A DNA stretch of 13,220 bases from a virus: positions 1-13,220 of IMG/VR virus record IMGVR_UViG_3300045988_070639; one strand, written 5' to 3'. The notes beneath the pieces were generated by a model, which was given only the letters and a program-made list of their open reading frames with translations, had not been told where the DNA came from and ran no database searches. This document shows, in pieces, positions 12,506 through 13,220 of the stretch. Position 1 is the stretch's first letter; each line of letters begins with the position of its first letter. The translations under genes and the position numbers were made by a program.

Positions 12506-12769
12506 TGCATGATATTCAGCGTCAGGCGTGTACTTCCACACCGTCCGCCCCTTAAGATTTTCAATAGACGTTCCGTCCCGGATACAATCGCCAGCTGTAT
12601 CATAATACCAGCCTCGGCACTGCTCGAAAAATTTGCTCCACGTTTTAAAACTGATAAAGCCCATATTAGTCATTCGATAAAAACTATCCCATATTTTATC
12701 AAATTCTTCACGACTTCTAGAATAATTCACCAACGTTTCTTTCATATTCGTTACGTTTAACGCTTTCAT
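12503..12769 (-). CDS. Hypothetical right-end protein (88 aa); the only leftward gene
   Basis: The ATG (complement of 12767-12769) lies 8 nt outside the ITR-R boundary, downstream of the ITR-R copy of the promoter and leader. The stop lies in the bidirectional terminator. No recognisable motif. Confidence 0.65.
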   Translation of the reverse strand: MKALNVTNMKETLVNYSRSREEFDKIWDSFYRMTNMGFISFKTWSKFFEQCRGWYYDTAGDCIRDGTSIENLKGRTVWKYTPDAEYHA

Positions 12770-12827
12770 TGTTTTTGTTACCGTCCTTTCATTATTTCAT
12801 CGGGACTTCCTTTCCCTTTGTGATTAT

Positions 12828-12855
12828 ATTATACCACACTTTCCGGAAAGTTCAA
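12828..12855 (-). promoter_or_regulatory. Inward-facing promoter in ITR-R (mirror copy of 366-393)
   Basis: This is the reverse complement of the ITR-L promoter and is identical to it. It drives the - strand gene 12769..12503. Confidence 0.65.
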
Positions 12856-13083
12856 GTTGGAATATTACCCAAGAATTACCCAATTATTCGCCCTCTGTTT
12901 TGTGCAATATGCCAATACCTCTGTGAGGCCCTGGACGGCCCTACACAACGATTTTTGCCGGGGCTATAATTACACCCGGCGGTTCTGTTCGTCAAAAACT
13001 GTCAAATGTTCGAAAACAATGCCCTGTTTTGTGCATGAGCCGTGGACACTACGCCGGACGTGTTAGGCTTGACTAACTATGTG

Positions 13084-13101
13084 ATGTTTCACGTGAAACA
13101 T
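13084..13101. repeat. ITR-R copy of the 18-bp palindrome ATGTTTCACGTGAAACAT
   Basis: Mirror position of 120-137; read directly. Confidence 0.9.
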
Positions 13102-13220
13102 ATAACGTAAATATATCATACCTATTGCCCATGTCATATGAACACTGTCCACGCACAAGAGACAGAAAGAATATCCGTGTGGGGTAAACAAATGTCCGCG
13201 AAAATCAAGTGATACACTTT

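Larger units (their letters stand above)
12778..13220. repeat. Right inverted terminal repeat (ITR-R), 443 bp
   Basis: See ITR-L. The - strand of the right terminus also reads 5'-AAAGTG. Confidence 0.97.

Noticed and set aside
12473-12760. A 95-aa + strand ORF opposite the right-end gene.
   Set aside because: It starts inside the bidirectional terminator and has no SD. The - strand ORF is the one positioned behind the ITR-R promoter and leader.
1-13220. That the terminal inverted repeats plus polB mark a transposon, casposon, polinton-like element or linear plasmid.
   Set aside because: No transposase, integrase or Cas1 is present, and there are no target-site duplications or flanking host DNA. 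A complete capsid, portal, tail and packaging module and lysis genes are present. A phage genome is the simplest reading.

Overview
The window appears to be a complete linear dsDNA genome of 13,220 bp, terminus to terminus, from a very small phi29-like podophage that replicates by protein priming. Bases 1-443 are the reverse complement of 12778-13220, identical at 442 of 443 positions when checked by eye in 60-nt blocks. The ends begin 5'-AAAGT, as phi29 ends do.

Between the inverted terminal repeats (ITRs) lie about 18 tightly packed genes, 17 on the + strand and one on the - strand. In order they are:
- four small early ORFs of unknown function;
- a candidate terminal protein;
- a family-B protein-primed DNA polymerase with all Exo and Pol motifs present;
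- a phi29 p5-like SSB candidate with its own consensus promoter and intrinsic terminator;
- a phi29 gp16-like packaging ATPase;
- a third consensus promoter followed by about 165 nt of GC-rich non-coding sequence. This folds on paper into a three-way junction with complementary bulge and loop, which is the architecture of the phi29 packaging RNA (pRNA);
- a lysis cassette: a YvrJ-like small membrane protein and an Amidase_3-like endolysin with a SPOR domain;
- a scaffold candidate carrying a perfect 4x15-bp tandem repeat;
- an HK97-type major capsid protein;
- a gp9-like tail knob;
- a CHAP peptidoglycan hydrolase;
- a gp10-like portal;
- a lower collar candidate;
- a short tail fibre;
- one leftward orphan gene at the right end.

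Each ITR carries an inward-facing extended -10 promoter plus a shared 5' leader. No tRNA, rRNA, CRISPR array, integrase or transposase is visible. Strong AGGAGG-type ribosome-binding sites (SD), sigma-A-type promoters, and CwlC-like, YvrJ-like and CHAP functions suggest a Gram-positive (Bacillota) host, but that is inference only. All protein-family calls rest on motifs and remembered reference sequences, not on database searches.
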